NCBI GenBank assembly: GCA_950097015.1
Contig: CATNEN010000038.1
Coordinates: forward strand, 7,874,001 to 7,938,000
Reading direction: 5' to 3'
Length of the DNA: 64,000 nucleotides
Source of the DNA: Macrostomum hystrix
Lineage: Eukaryota > Animalia > Platyhelminthes
The position numbers were made by a program, and so were the translations under genes. The notes under the pieces were generated by a model. That model searched no databases, was not told where the DNA came from, and was given only the letters and a program-made list of their open reading frames with translations. Below are positions 1 to 13,591 of this stretch, piece by piece. Within the stretch, counting starts at the first letter, position 1. Each line of letters begins with the position of its first letter.

Positions 1-6
1 TGAAAT

Positions 7-207
7 GTACACTGCCTGACGATGAGAAAGTCAGGGCAGATGTACACACCTGTGTGAGCGTACGTCTGCGTACAGTGTCTGTGTGCGAGTGTGCTCAGGA
101 GTCAGCGAAATGGGCAGAATTGACTCCTCGTTGGCTCCTCGTTAGTGTTACCGAATGTTGTGCCGTTGCCCGCAGCCCTCCTGCAGTTATTATTATTTAT
201 TATTATC
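7..207 (+). mobile_element. Dispersed SINE-like repeat, copy 1 (3' part with tta tail)
   Basis: Core gagaaagtcagggcagatgtacacacctgtgtgag...caggagtcagc...atgggcagaattg is shared with 25146-25262 and 30094-30212; ends ctcctgca plus (tta)n. Confidence 0.7.
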
Positions 208-288
208 CTGTAAAGTGTCAGCGTAAGCCAAGTATTAATTCACGAGAGCATTCTAAACAGTCAGTTTTTGTTCCTAATTGCGCATCAG

Positions 289-3200
289 CTGACACGGAGC
301 CGCCGAGATCCGTGGGACTCCTGCCGCAGCAGCAGCCTCTGTCGGTGTCCATCAGCGTGGCGGCTCCCGCTTCCAACACTGCGACAAGTTCAATAGCTTC
401 GGCAGCTTCTGCCACTCCGGCGGAAGCTGCGACAACCGATGCTCCGGCAGTTCCAATGTCTGATGAGAGCATCGGCAAGCTGAACGACACTTTCGACACT
501 GTGTTGCGCAATTCAGACTCCAACACAGCCGCCTACCTCGCCGATCCATCTAAGGCTGACGTACTAGACAAGTTTCATCGGCAGAACGCGGCCGGCGCTA
601 CGTCGCCAGCTGTTGGCGCTGCTGCGGCCAAGAAGAAACGCGGCGACAAGGCGACGCCGACTAATTTAACTCCGCCATTGGCTGGCGCCTTTTCTCCTGC
701 CGCCGGTTTTATCGATGGCAGCGCCTACGACAGTTTAAAGCAGCGGCTGGCTGAGCAGAGACTGGCTGGGCCCATGCGAACACTGCTACAGGATCCCAAG
801 GTGGGTGTTTTGGGATTCACCGAGTTGATTTAGCAGGTATCTCAAGTAACGTTTCAGGTATGGGTAGTTGGGATTATTCGGGATAGGGTTGGGGATTTCA
901 GGTATGGGAGTCAGGGATTCCAGGGATGGGAGTCAGGGATTCCAGGGATGTGAGTCAGGGATTCCAGGAATGGGAGTCAGGGATTCCGGGGATGGGAGTC
1001 AGGGATTCCAGGGATGGGAGTCAGGGATTCCAGGGATGTGAGTCAGGGATTCCAGGAATGGGAGTCAGGGATTCCAGGGATGGGAGTCAGGGATTCCAGG
1101 GATGGGAGTCAGGGATTCCAGGGATGGGAGTCAGGGATTCCAGGGATGTGAGTCAGGGATTCCAGGAATGGGAGTCAGGGATTCCGGGGATGGGAGTCAG
1201 GGATTCCAGGGATGGGAGTCAGGGATTCCAGGGATGTGAGTCAGGGATTCCAGGAATGGGAGTCAGGGATTCCAGGGATGGGAGTCAGGGATTCCAGGGA
1301 TGGGAGTCAGGGATTCCAGGGATGGGAGTCAGGGATTCCAGGGATGTGAGTCAGGGATTCCAGGAATGGGAGTCAGGGATTCCGGGGATGGGAGTCAGGG
1401 ATTCCAGGGATGGGAGTCAGGGATTCCAGGGATGTGAGTCAGGGATTCCAGGAATGGGAGTCAGGGATTCCAGGGATGGGAGTCAGGGATTCCAGGGATG
1501 GGAGTCAGGGATTCCAGGGATGGGAGTCAGGGATTCCAGGGATGTGAGTCAGGGATTCCAGGAATGGGAGTCAGGGATTCCAGGGATGGGAGTCAGGGAT
1601 TCCAGGGATGGGAGTCAGGGATTCCAGGGATGGGAGTCAGGGATTCCAGGGATGGGAGTCAGGGATTCCAGGGATGGGAGTCAGGGATTCCAGGGATGTG
1701 AGTCAGGGATTCCAGGAATGGGAGTCAGGGATTCCGGGGATGGGAGTCAGGGATTCCAGGGATGGGAGTCAGGGATTCCAGGGATGTGAGTCAGGGATTC
1801 CAGGAATGGTAGTCAGGGATTCCAGGGATGGGAGTCAGGGATTCCAGGGATGGGAGTCAGGGATTCCAGGGATGGGAGTCAGGTTTTCCAGGGATGGAAG
1901 TCGGGGATTTCAGGAATGGGTGTCAGGGATTCATGAGATGTTGTTTAGGGTTCTATAATAAGTATGTTGATTATGAATGAGGAGTGCGTATGCTGGAGTT
2001 TGAGATTGAAGCTATCACGAGTATCCATATTACGGTATTGAGAGCGTGAAGTTCATTTAATGTGAGTACGGCAGTTTTATGTACGGTAGTAGAGTTCTCA
2101 AACCGGGCTTCTAACCTATCAAAACAGTAAATAAAAAACCTTGCTACGCCGCAGGTGTACACCGACCTGCGCCTGCTGCTGCCTCCGGGCACGGGCTCCC
2201 TTGGCGCATTTTTCGCCAGGCCGGACGGCTCTGTTGGGCGCTACCGACCGCTGCCGCCTGGCTCCATTGAGCTGGGCCGCTACAGCCTGCGGCCTTACAG
2301 CAGCTCCGGCAGCCGTTCCTCGCGCGCTAGCATTCTTGACGCCGCCGTGTCCGCTGTCGGCGACCTGCCCCGCTCAACTCCCAGCGAAGGCGACGACCTC
2401 CTAGGACCCGTCGAAACTCGCAGCGACCTCCTAATGCCGCTGAAAGACTCCGTAAGCTTTGATGACACCGATTCGACCGCAGAGCATCTGGCGGAGGCCG
2501 ACATCAGCTTCGATGGCAATTCGACGGCGACTTCGGCTGCGCCGCCGGATTTTGGTGACGACATGCCCGGTGCCGACGAGGATGGTTCGCTTTTGAGGCT
2601 CTCGTCTCGTTCTGGCACACCCCAGCTTCTAGGATTCGGGATCGGTAATGATGGCAGACATTGCAGATGCCTAGTTGTAGACATTACAGATGCCTAGTTA
2701 TAGAGATTACAGATTTCTAGTGACAGACATTACAGATGGCTAGTGACAGAAATTATAGATAGCTATTGACAGACATTATAGATGGCTATTGACAGACATT
2801 ATAGATGGCTATTGACAGACATTATAGATAGCTATTGACAGACATTATAGATAGCTATTGACAGACATTATAGATGGCTATTGACAGAAATTATAGATGG
2901 CTATTGACAGACATTACAGATGGCTATTGACAGACATTACAGATGGCTATTGACAGACATTACAGATGGCTATTGACAGACATTATAGATGGCTATTGAC
3001 AGAAATTACAGATGGCTAGTGACAGACATTACAGATGGCTAGTGACAGACATTACAGATGGCTAGTGACAGACATTACAGATGGCTAGTGACAGACATTA
3101 CAGATGGCTGATTTCACTATAAGGCTTTAGCAGCTCAACTATTTCTGCTCTGTCTACCTCCTTTCGCAGAGCCATCCGGTTCTGCTGCTACCGCAGTCAT

Positions 3201-6200
3201 TGAAGACATCAACGCCGAGGGCGTCGACATCCACAGCGACACCAGCGACACCGGCCTGGCTGCGTCGCCAGCATTTGCCGATGACTTGCGCGACGAATTC
3301 GACGCTGGGCCGCCGCAGCTGCCGTGCCGATTCGCTGGCAATGGCACTGCGCCCAGCGTCATGCGATCCCTGACCGACCTGCTGGGCCTGGACTTTGGCA
3401 GCCAGTTCGAACGCCCAGCAGATCGGGCCAAAAAGCCGACGATCGCGAAGAAGCCGACGCCGCTACTTCCGCCACCACCGACGCCGCCGACGGCGCGAAG
3501 GCACGCCGAAGATGTGGTGACCGTGTCAGCTCTGATTTCTTCCAAGCAGCCCCTGGTGTGCCACCGCTGCGACCTGCCGCTTGTTTCCGCCGCTTCCGCT
3601 GTGAGGCATCGGCCCGCTGACACCGCGGCACTCGCCGGCGCATCTTCAACCGCCGGCGATGAGGCTCCAACAGTGGCCAGCGCGCAGCTGTCGCAGCAGG
3701 ACGAGCTTCTGTTCTGCAGCGCACACTGCCTGACCCTTCATTTGAGCCCGTCAGTGGATCAACCATTAGGGCTGTCTGGACCGGTAGGCGGAAAGGTGGG
3801 TGCTGCTTTTCTGGATTTTGCATTCTGCGAGTGATAACCGATTAATCAAAAAATGAGGTTCATTAATGAAAGTTCGGTGATCCTAAAGTTCTTTTAAACG
3901 ACCTATTTTGGGTCGACCAAACGACCAACTTCGCGTTCAATGACTAGATGCTATGACTAACAGAATGACAAGGTGAAATGATGAACAGAATGACTAGATT
4001 ATATGACTTACATAATGACTAGGTGAAATGATGAACAGAATGACTAGGTGAAATGACTAATTATGGAAGTCTCCTGAACAACCCTGTCTCCAAACGCCTG
4101 TGGCAAATGAAAGTCAGCCAAGCAAGCGCTCACAAGTTTCCACCCGCCCTTCGCCTGCCTCACAGCGCTCAGATGACGTCGCTTCTGTCGCCGGCGGCGA
4201 ATATCGCGTCCAGGCCTACGTTGGCGACGAGCCAACCTCGGTGCCGGTGCTGCTGCAGCCGTCCCTGCCTGGCAACCGAAGCCGCAATCAGCAGCTGCTG
4301 GATCGGCTGCCCAGCCAGGCCCTCGGCTCCACCATTGCTGCGATTCGAGCTGCCGCAGCTGCCGGTCTGGTCTCGCCCGCGTCAATTGCGCCTCCTCTGA
4401 CTGCCACCGCGGCTAATCAATTCCAGCAGCAGCAGCAGCAGCAGTCCGGTTTCAATTCCGCTGCATCCGCTGCAGCCGCTGCGGCAGCCGCTGCTATTTC
4501 TCGTCGTCGCAGCATTTCTACGGCCAGCTACGATGGCAGCGTCGGCGTCGGCTCTACGGGTGCTGACGGCGGTGGCTTTGGCTCCTGCGGCAGCGGCGGA
4601 GTGCCCATCAAGAAGTGGAAGGGCCTTCGTTGGCGCAAGTTTTGCCAGGATTTCCGGCCGGCCCAAGAGTACAAGCCCGTGTCAGAGGACGACATCGCCG
4701 AGGTGAGCAGGGGGCAGAAAGGAGCTTACCGTAGGACCAGATCAAATTTCCCAATAACTAACGAGGTCAAATTTCCTAGGAAAAATGGTAAAATTTCCCA
4801 ATGAAGGACTGGGTGAAATTTCCCGCTGAATGACCAGGTAAAATCTTCCCCTTTTCCTCCCGTTTCTTTCCGTAGCACCAAAGCGTTTCCATGACATCTG
4901 CCCTTTGTTCTCCCACATTTCCCAGCTGCTCTACCGCCGAGGCCAGGCGATGAAGCCGCCAGCCGGCCTTGCAGACGTCCGCAGTTGCGTCCTGTGCTCC
5001 GAAATCGGCGACCTCCCAGCTGACGGTCCCGGCCGGCTGCTGAACCTTGACGCCGGTCGCTGGGTCCACCTCAACTGCGCATTGTGGTGCTTTGACGTCT
5101 ACGAAACGGTCTCTGGCGGCCTGGTTAATGTGGACGTCTGGGTTCAGCAGGCCCTGGGCACTCTGTGCAGCTACTGCGGCAAGCTCGGCGCCGGCCTCGT
5201 CTGCTACAGGCCGAAGTGTCCGGCTGTGTACCATCTGGCCTGCGCCCTGCGAGCCAACTGCATGCTGTTCACCGACCGCGGCATGTACTGCTCTGTACAC
5301 AGGCCCAGGGAGCACCACATGCAGCTGCACTGCCTGGCCGCTATCAGACGGGTGTACATCAGCCGCGATGAGGGCGCTCAGGTGCTTATTTACCATTTGC
5401 AGACACATAGGTCACGTAACTTAGCAACACGATCCTCTAATACAACACAAACATGAATTTTTCATACTCCTTGCAGGTCACGTGACCCTACACGATTCTC
5501 TAAATGTCCAAGAAAGTCACGTGACCCTACACAATTCTCTACATGTCCTAGAAAGTCACGTGACCCTACACGATTCTCTAAATGTCCTAGAAAGTCACGT
5601 GATCCTGCACAACTTTCTTAATATCCCAGTGGGTCACGTGACGCAGCACGATCCCATTCTCAAACCTGTCTAATCTCGCACCCGAGCAGGTGGCCGCCGC
5701 GCTGCTCTCGGATCATCCGGAGGAGACCAGCCTGCGCATCGGTTCCCTGGAGCTGCACCGCCTAGGCCAGCTGCTGCCGGCCCAGATTGCAAGCGGCCAG
5801 TTTCACTGCAGCCGGCACATTTATCCCGTCGGCTATTTGGCAACGCGCATCTACTGGTCATGCAGGTGAGCAGCTAACCTTCCAATAGTCCGGGCAGATT
5901 TACTGTGTGGCTGTGTGCCCCGTTGCCCCCAGCGAATATTATAACCATTCTCTGCCCGCACCCCGACATCAGAAACACCGCCGCCCGCTGTCGCTACCTG
6001 TGTCGCATCGACGAGCGCGACGGCGCTCCGGAGTTCAGTATCACCGTGTCCGAGACCGGCCACTCGGAAGAGGCATTCGTCTCCGACACCTGCGACGGTG
6101 TCTGGCGCCCCCTGTTGCAGCGCATTCACAAGCTGCGCGCATCCGCCGGCCTCATAAACATGTTCCCTGATCACATCACCGGCGAGGATTTGTACGGCCT

Positions 6201-8828
6201 CACCGATGCCAATATTCTGCGCGCGGTGGAGTCCCTGCCCGGACTGGACGTGCTGAAGGACTACGCGTTCCGGTTTGGCCGTATGCAGCTCATACCGGAG
6301 ATGCCGCTGGCCATCAATCCGACAGGCTGCGCCCGCTCCGAGCCCAAGATGAGGACCTACTTCCGCAAGTGAGTCCAGTTGTACAGCCATTGGCGTTGCG
6401 TACGGCTGTTCAGTCCATGGACTGGTGGGACGCCACACCCACCCTCAATTTCGCCAGCTAATGCTGGTACCCATTTAACAGCTGGGTGAACTGAAGCAAT
6501 GCAAAACGACAAATGAATTGTTCCAGTGTAGTCTTGAATCGAATCCCCGACATCTAAGTCGAGTCCAACGCTCTAACCACTAGGCTACAACCAAAGCAGT
6601 CCATGGATTGGTGGAAACCGCCCACAAAGCCACCTAAATTCCTACCCCAACTAATGCTGGGTCAAATGAAATAAAATAAGTAATTTATGTGAAAATATGC
6701 GTGTGCTAATTTAATAACACAATAAATTCAAGATTATATCCGAAATTGCGTACTTCAAGTAGTGCAAAAGCAAATCAAAACTGGCACCGTTGCTTCCCCC
6801 CCAGGCCGCACGCCCTGCAGACGGTGTCCTCGGCTCGTGGCCACCAGCCGCCTGCCACGGCATCGCATTCGCATCAGCACCAGCATCAGCACCTGCTGCA
6901 CCATCAGCCTGACTCGGCAACCGCCGCTCCCTACTCAAAGCAGTACAGCCACTCCAAGTCCTCGCAGTACCGCCGCCTGCGCACCGAATGGCAGCAGAAT
7001 GTCTACCTGGGCCGGTCTCGAATCCAGGGCCTTGGACTCTTCGCCACCCGCGACCTGGAGAAGCACGCCATGGTCATCGAGTACATCGGCGAGGTCATTC
7101 GCAATGAGATCGCCAACAAGAGGGAGAAGCTCTACGAATCCCAGGTGACTTTCTTTGCTCTGAACTTTCTGTTCAACAATTTGCGGGGCTTGTGTCCTAG
7201 GACTCGGGTGACCTCGCCATCTGAGTGTACAGTGCCCTGGGCTCTAGGCGTTATATTTCCCCCAGATCCCGAAATTCTGCTGTTCCTCATCCTGGTCCCC
7301 CTATTCCAAAGTGAGGCCTGTTCCTCATCCTGGTCCCCCTATTCCAAAGTGAGGCCTGTTCCTCATCCTGCTTCCCCTATTCCAAAGTGAGGCCTGTTCC
7401 TCATCCTGCTTCCCCTATTCCCAAGTGAGGCCTGTTCCTCATCCTGCTTCCCCTATTCCCAAGTAAGGCCTGTTCCTCATCCTGCTTCCCCTATTCCCAA
7501 GTAAGGCCTGTTCCTCATCCTGCTTCCCCTATTCCCAAGTAAGGCCTGTTCCTCATCCTGGTCCCCCTATTCCCAAGTGAGGCCTGTTCCTCATCCTGCT
7601 TCCCCTATTCCCAAGTAAGGCCTGTTCCTCATCCTGCTTCCCCTATTCCCAAGTAAGGCCTGTTCCTCATCCTGGTCCCCCTATTCCCAAGTGAGGCCTG
7701 TTCCTCATCCTGCTTCCCCTATTCCCAAGTAAGGCCTGTTCCTCATCCTGCTTCCCCTATTCCCAAGTAAGGCCTGTTCCTCATCCTGCTTCCCCTATTC
7801 CCAAGTGAGGCCTGTTCCTCATCCTGCTTCCCCTATTCCAAAGTGAGGCCTGTTCCTCATCCTGCTTCCCCTATTCCAAAGTGAGGCCTGTTCCTCATCC
7901 TGCTTCCCCTATTCCCAAGTGAGGCCTGTTCCTCATCCTGCTTCCCCTATTCCCAAGTGAGGCCTGTTCCTCATCCTGCTTCCCCTATTCCCAAGTAAGG
8001 CCTGTTCCTCATCCTGCTTCCCCTATTCCCAAGTGAGGCCTGTTCCTCATCCTGCTTCCCCTATTCCCAAGTAAGGCCTGTTCCTCATCCTGGTCCCCCT
8101 ATTCCCAAGTGAAGCCTGTTCCTCATCCTGGTCCCCCTATTCCCAAGTGAAGCCTGTTCCTCATCCGGCTTCCCCTATTCCCAAGTGAAGCCTGTTCCTC
8201 ATCCTGCTTCCCCTATTCCAAAGTGAGGCCTGTTCCTCATCCTGCTTCCCCTATTCCAAGTGAGGCCTGTTCCTCATCCTGCTTCCCCTATTCCAAAGTG
8301 AGGCCTGTTCCTCATCCTGCTTCCCCTATTCCCAAGTAAGGCCTGTTCCTCATCCTGCTTCCCCTATTCCAAAGTGAGGCCTGTTCCTCATCCTGCTTCC
8401 CCTATTCCCAAGTGAGGCCTGTTCCTCATCCTGCTCCCCCTTTTCCCAAGATCCCCGAGTTCGGCTATTGCTAGACTCTCCCGTAGCGGCCCTGCATTGA
8501 ATCAGCAGTAGATTAGAATTCACTTCTAATATGGAATCCCACCGTCGCTTAGAACCGCGGCATCTACATGTTCCGCCTGGACGATGATTGGATTGTTGAC
8601 GCCACCATCTGCGGCGGTCCGGCTCGTTACATCAATCACAGCTGCCAGCCGAACTGCTCAGCCGAGGTGGTTGACGTTGATCGCGGCCGCAAGATCATCA
8701 TCCTGGCTAGTCGGCGGGTAGAGAAGGGCGAGGAGCTCACCTATGACTACAAGTTCGATTTCGAGGACTCCAGCAGTAAGATCCCCTGCCTGTGCGGGGC
8801 GCCGCACTGCCGCAAGTGGATGAACTAA
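289..8828 (+). CDS. KMT2C: Histone-lysine N-methyltransferase KMT2C/D (MLL3/MLL4, Trithorax-related), 3' part; 5' exons lie upstream of the window
   Basis: Hand-spliced GT-AG exons with consistent phases: 289-800, 2155-2644, 3170-3795, 4118-4702, 4926-5381, 5690-5865, 5973-6368, 6805-7144, 8553-8828. Encodes an extended PHD (CVLC...WVHLNCALW...YHLACA), FYRN/FYRC, Win motif GCARSEP, SET (GLGLFA, IEYIGE, ARYINHSC, GEELTYDY) and post-SET (IPCLCGAPHCRKWMN*). The C versus D paralogue cannot be resolved. Confidence 0.95.
890..1935. repeat. 22-bp minisatellite (gggattccagggatgggagtca)n, KMT2C/D intron
   Basis: About 45 copies with 198-bp higher-order period. Confidence 0.97.
2655..3110. repeat. 23-bp minisatellite (gacagacattayagatggctakt)n
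   Basis: About 20 copies filling intron 2645-3169. Confidence 0.95.
5473..5650. repeat. 39-bp tandem repeat with a gtcacgtgac palindrome
   Basis: About 5 copies in intron 5382-5689. Confidence 0.9.
6411..6661 (-). mobile_element. tRNA-derived SINE in a KMT2C/D intron plus a partial duplicate of its 3' part
   Basis: Minus strand from 6588: gtagcctagtggttagagcg (A box) ... ggattcgattc (B-box-like), then cccagctgttaaatgggtacc. cagtccatgga.tggtgg...ctaatgctgg repeats at 6411 and 6597. Confidence 0.6.
7280..8450. repeat. 38-bp minisatellite (ccaagtraggcctgttcctcatcctgcttcccctattc)n
   Basis: About 30 copies in the last KMT2C/D intron. Confidence 0.97.
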
Positions 8829-10985
8829 AACAGAACAGAGGCGGGAATCTGTTGACAACTGACAGTGTATATAATGTCCTATGTCTGTGTGTGTTTTTAA
8901 CTAACCCTTTTTTGCTCTGTGATTGGTTAATATTTTTTAGTCGAATCTTGTTTATGTTTTTGTCGGCCTTTTATTGTTTTGCATATAGCTAGCTAGCTAC
9001 GTCATATGAGCGACATGAAATGTTATGTAGCTTGTTAAAAAAATTCGCTTCGCTTCTTGTTAGCTTTCGCCAGGTAAGCAATACTATACTGCACCGCAGT
9101 TTCTTCGCTTGAATTGTAACTCTAAACTCGCAGTTTGTTATCATTCTCTTATACTCATTGCTGGAGCATGTTTGTCTTATTTACTGCACTGGATGGCGCA
9201 GCTCGGTTGTGTATCGATATTTTCCAACTGGTGTTTGCGTATTTACTGGCCAAAGTCAGCGTTATTTAGTGCGCAGCATGGAATTTTTCATTCAGTTATT
9301 GCTTGCTTTGTTGCTATGATGATAACCGGAAAGACTCGTGCACGGCAGCTCGCTTGCATTTGATTTGTATATTTGTTCTGCTTAGTTCACCAAAGCAAGC
9401 GCAATCGCTTCTCACTTCGTTCTGCTTTTCTCTGGGATTGTCAGAAGCAGCTGACCGCGTGCTTCTCGGTCGGGTTTCCTCCGACGGAGGAATTCAGCTC
9501 GTACATATATGTACAATTAACTGCAATTCTTTAGACTAATATAAATATAAATCCGTTTCTTGGTCCATACCTTTTATTGATTCATTTTTTTCATAAACGG
9601 GTGTTTTGTGCACAATTTGAAACACGCGCTGCATATTTAATAATCATGTTTTTGATTCGCCTTTACCAATCATCTTTGTCTGTCGATTATTTTAGCCTTA
9701 GCTTAAACCTATCTGTAAATAATTTTGGTGTCTGTTCGTAGTCTTTTAAGTCTTCGATTGCTGAAACTCTTATATCTGATGCAAATCTTTGTTTATAGTT
9801 TAGGTTCGACTATCAGAGTTGCTCTATTGTCTTAACCCACACGTTTCACAACTGTCATGTTTGTTATTATTTTATTATACGCATAAATATGCATATATGC
9901 AACTGTTACTATTTCATTGGCGCAATCTCCGGCCTCTGTACGCACGAGCATTGCACTCATTTAACCTGACACTCTCTATCTCTGTTTTAGTGTACTCTCA
10001 ATTGATTGAACTGTGCAGCTATTTGCGTATTCACGGCGCTGCGTCTGTATGTGTATAGCTTGTGTTTGTCTGTGGCCTAGTTTATAAGTGTTCTTCGCGC
10101 TGGTAAATCCGTTACCCATATTCCGTCAATAAATTAGTTGATGTTTCGTTAAACCACATGTTTATGTATAAATTGTCCTTATATCTAATTCAACGTTGGC
10201 CTTTTCATTTATTGCTTTTTAAATTGTTTTTTTTTAATGAACAACATAACTTCAGACGCCAGGTAAAACACACGAATGACAAGCACAATGACAATAATAA
10301 TGACGACTATACTTGTTAGAGTAGAACTCGTTCAATTTTGCAGTAAAAGCGTGAAAGAATATTTTTGCGTTTAAGTAAAATAGATATCCTCTACAAAGAC
10401 ACTTGATTAGAAAAGCTGTTAATTAAACTAGGTGATCTAAAACGAAACTGGCCTAGCTTAACTTTGTGCCTCTAGATTTTGACTCCAACTGCTTCATCAT
10501 ACAATATTCAGTATTTATAAACTGAATTTTATTAACAAAAACCAATTTTCTTTTATTCTTCAGGTTATTGATATATAGGCGAATTTGGACTAACGAGTTT
10601 TAGATTTTTTGTATTAACAGACGGAATTTCATACACTAAGACAGATTTGCCTATCAAAAGGATAGTACAGTAAGTCACTTCTTTCTACTTCAATAACTTA
10701 TCTTCCTACGATGAGCAAGATTCTGCTATATAGCGTCATATGAATCGTGATTTAGCGATTGTGCGTACGAATTTAAAAGTAAACAGTTCGATTTTTATTT
10801 TGAACGTAATTTAGAAATTTACAAAAATTACCAAAAACTTACTTTTGTAAGTTTATAGATTAAATGAAAGGTTAATTACGTATCACGTAGCTTTTTAGTC
10901 AGCAAACATTTATCAATGTTTCTTAAAAGTAATCATCAAGTCCTGACAAGCACTTTAAGATGGACACTCATTTTGCTCTTCTTTA

Positions 10986-11614
10986 TGGAAGTGCTTATTC
11001 CCACGGTCCCGTGCCGCTAATTTCAATTTTATCCACACGGATCCGTGCCGATAATTCTCTGCTGCCTATCCACACGGCAGCTTGTTTTGCCGATAACTTT
11101 AAGAACTTAAAGCACATATTTTACAGGAACTGTGTAGCAAGTTTCATGTAGGCCTACTATATACAACTGGCCATACATGTTTTCCAGAACCTGCAGTACC
11201 TGTAGTAGTGCCTCTATTAATTACGAGCAATGCACACGTTAAATTTCGAATAATCGTTAATTTCGAATAATATGTAACGTTGTTAACAATCGCATGAGAA
11301 ATCGCAAAAGATTTAGTAAGTTTTTATTACAAAAATTAAAAAAGATCACATAAATAGGCCCCTAATAATGTCAGTTAATGAATGTGTCGGTCAAAATGTA
11401 GAACACTGTTGTAACACACTGGCAACTTTGTCGATCTATTGGCTCGAGGGTTCAACAAAGGTTCAAACCTGAAAGGGCCTCATTTCAGGCCTAGGCCTAG
11501 GATATATAGGATTCATACAAGCTGCCGTGTGGATAAGCAGAAAATAATCAGCACAGATCTGTGTGGATAAAATTTAAAATTATTGGCACGGGACTGTGGG
11601 AATAAGCTCTGCCC
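10986..11614. mobile_element. Non-autonomous DNA transposon (PIF/Harbinger, Tourist-like MITE)
   Basis: About 100-bp imperfect TIRs (10986-11085 versus 11517-11614; shared gcttattcccac.gtcccgtgcc...ttttatccacac...ccacacggcagcttgt). Right end reads GGGC inward; TTA flanks both sides (10983-85, 11615-17). Confidence 0.8.
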
Positions 11615-12515
11615 TTATTTATTGTTAAAAATTAAAACAACCTCACAACATATTTTTAGTCATTAGATAGGCCTACATGCAGGAGAATGATTTTTTGTAC
11701 CTAGCTAAACAAGCTAAACAATATTTTATTTATCCTATATGTAGTATTTCACGTTTTGCTTATAGCCATAAGTGGGTTTACGGCTATTTGTGCTTAGTAA
11801 TTAAATATTAGGCCCATGCTTTTGCCAAAAATCTCAGACTTAGTTTTAGACAAACAGTTTTTAGCCTTTAGATTGTCACTAATAGGGTGCACATTTGCAT
11901 GTCACTTTTTGGTCTATTAACTTTGTCTTTGTTAAATAGGTTATAGAATTTCTAAAGTAGAATATTACATGAAACAACAATAGGCTATTATCTATTTTCT
12001 GCTGACATTTTTTAACAGTCCATTATAAACAATGGCTGTGTATGAAAATCATTGACTTTAAAAATGGTGTTCAAGCTATTATTGTATCAAGACCTCTATT
12101 TATGTACAACATAGTAATCAGTCAGTACTAAAGGTTATTTTTATTTTTAATTTAATTTTTTAATCTCTTTAAAACATGACCTAAAAATCTGAGAAAAAAA
12201 CAAAAGATTATGCAAATTTAAACTCCAAATGACTAGTAACTATTTAAAACAAAATGGAAACAGAAACCAACTTTAAAGAACTGGCTAAAGTCCTATTAGG
12301 CCTATTACAAACCACTTATATTAAAGTGCTCCTAGCACTATTTAATTTAGTATCATGTATTTTGTCAATCTTATATCTTCTTTATATACAAAAAATCCCT
12401 AATGGAGCGAATTTAAAAAAGCTGCAGACACTCCTGCTAGGCGCGCAGGTGCTCAGTTGGTTTCAAGAAAAATAGTGCAAATCTGCAATTGCTATATTTC
12501 TTCCGTCTCATCAAA

Positions 12516-12935
12516 TGGGGGATCATTATCAACTGGTGGATCATTGTCAACTGGGGATCATTGACAACTAGGGGATCATTGTCAACTGGGGAATCATTGT
12601 CAACTGGGGGATCATTGACAACTAGGGGATCATTGTCAACTGGGGATCATTGTCAACTGGGGTGATCATTTTCATCTGGGGGATCATTGTCAACTGGGGA
12701 TCATTGTCAACTGGGGGATCATTGTCAACTGGGGAATCATTGTCAACTGGGGATCATTGACAACTAGGGGATCATTGTCAACTGGGGATCATTGTCAACT
12801 GGGGGATCATTGTCAACTGGGTGATCATTGTCAACTGGGGGGATCATTGTCAACAGGGGTGATCATTTTCATCTGGGGGATCATTGTCAACTGGGGAATC
12901 ATTGTCAACTGGGGGATCATTGTCAACTCGAGGAT
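12516..12935. repeat. 20-22-bp minisatellite (ggggatcattgtcaactg)n
   Basis: About 20 copies upstream of SPT5. Confidence 0.95.
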
Positions 12936-13591
12936 TATTGTAGCTTAAAAAAGCTGAAAATACAGCTGCTAAAAAGTATATACTGGAGGAATTAAAAATA
13001 CTTCTGCTCCCTGAAGGGGGCAAAACTTGCTAGAAAATAACTAAAAATGAAATATTTTGCATGTATAATTTATAATTTGTTCTTGATTTGTTAAACTTCT
13101 AAACTGTTTGCTAATAATAGCTATTTGACTTTGTATATCATGGTTTGTCAAATTTTATTAGTCTTCAGTTTAAGAAATCTGCTCTAGAACCTGTCTAAGG
13201 ACTAAGGCTTAATAACTATTTATAGCATAGCACATATAGTAGTTTGTAATCATCTTTTTTAATATCAACAAATAAACTATCGGCTTATAGCCTTCAAAAG
13301 TAGCTATAGCCAACATATAGCTTAATGTAAAAATGTAAAATTTATTTTTTTGCTTTACTTGATACATTTTGGTAGATCATATTCCTGTATTTCATTTTAA
13401 TCTTTAGCTTTTTTAATTTTAAACTTCTAATTGTCTTATATGATTATACTAATTACATTCCTTGAAAATCTGCTAACCCTAAAACTAATATTTATTAGTA
13501 AAAAACGAACTAATACATTTTCTACCTATCCTAATTTTTTCTAAGAAGTAACTAGACTTTGCCTCTCACTTCATTCTTGCAATTTCTTGGG

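Noticed and set aside
926-1958. Long repetitive ORFs (MGVRDSRDGSQGFQGWESGIPG)n
   Set aside because: Translation of a 22-bp minisatellite inside a GT-AG intron whose flanking exons join in frame.
3135-6438. Antisense and alternate-frame ORFs over GC-rich exons (also within SPT5, the GPCR, ENaC and RPGR)
   Set aside because: Shadow ORFs expected from high GC3 codon usage.
7280-8450. CRISPR-like appearance of 36-38-bp repeats (also 19400, 26438, 48874)
   Set aside because: Units are contiguous with no unique spacers, no cas genes, and a eukaryotic intronic context.
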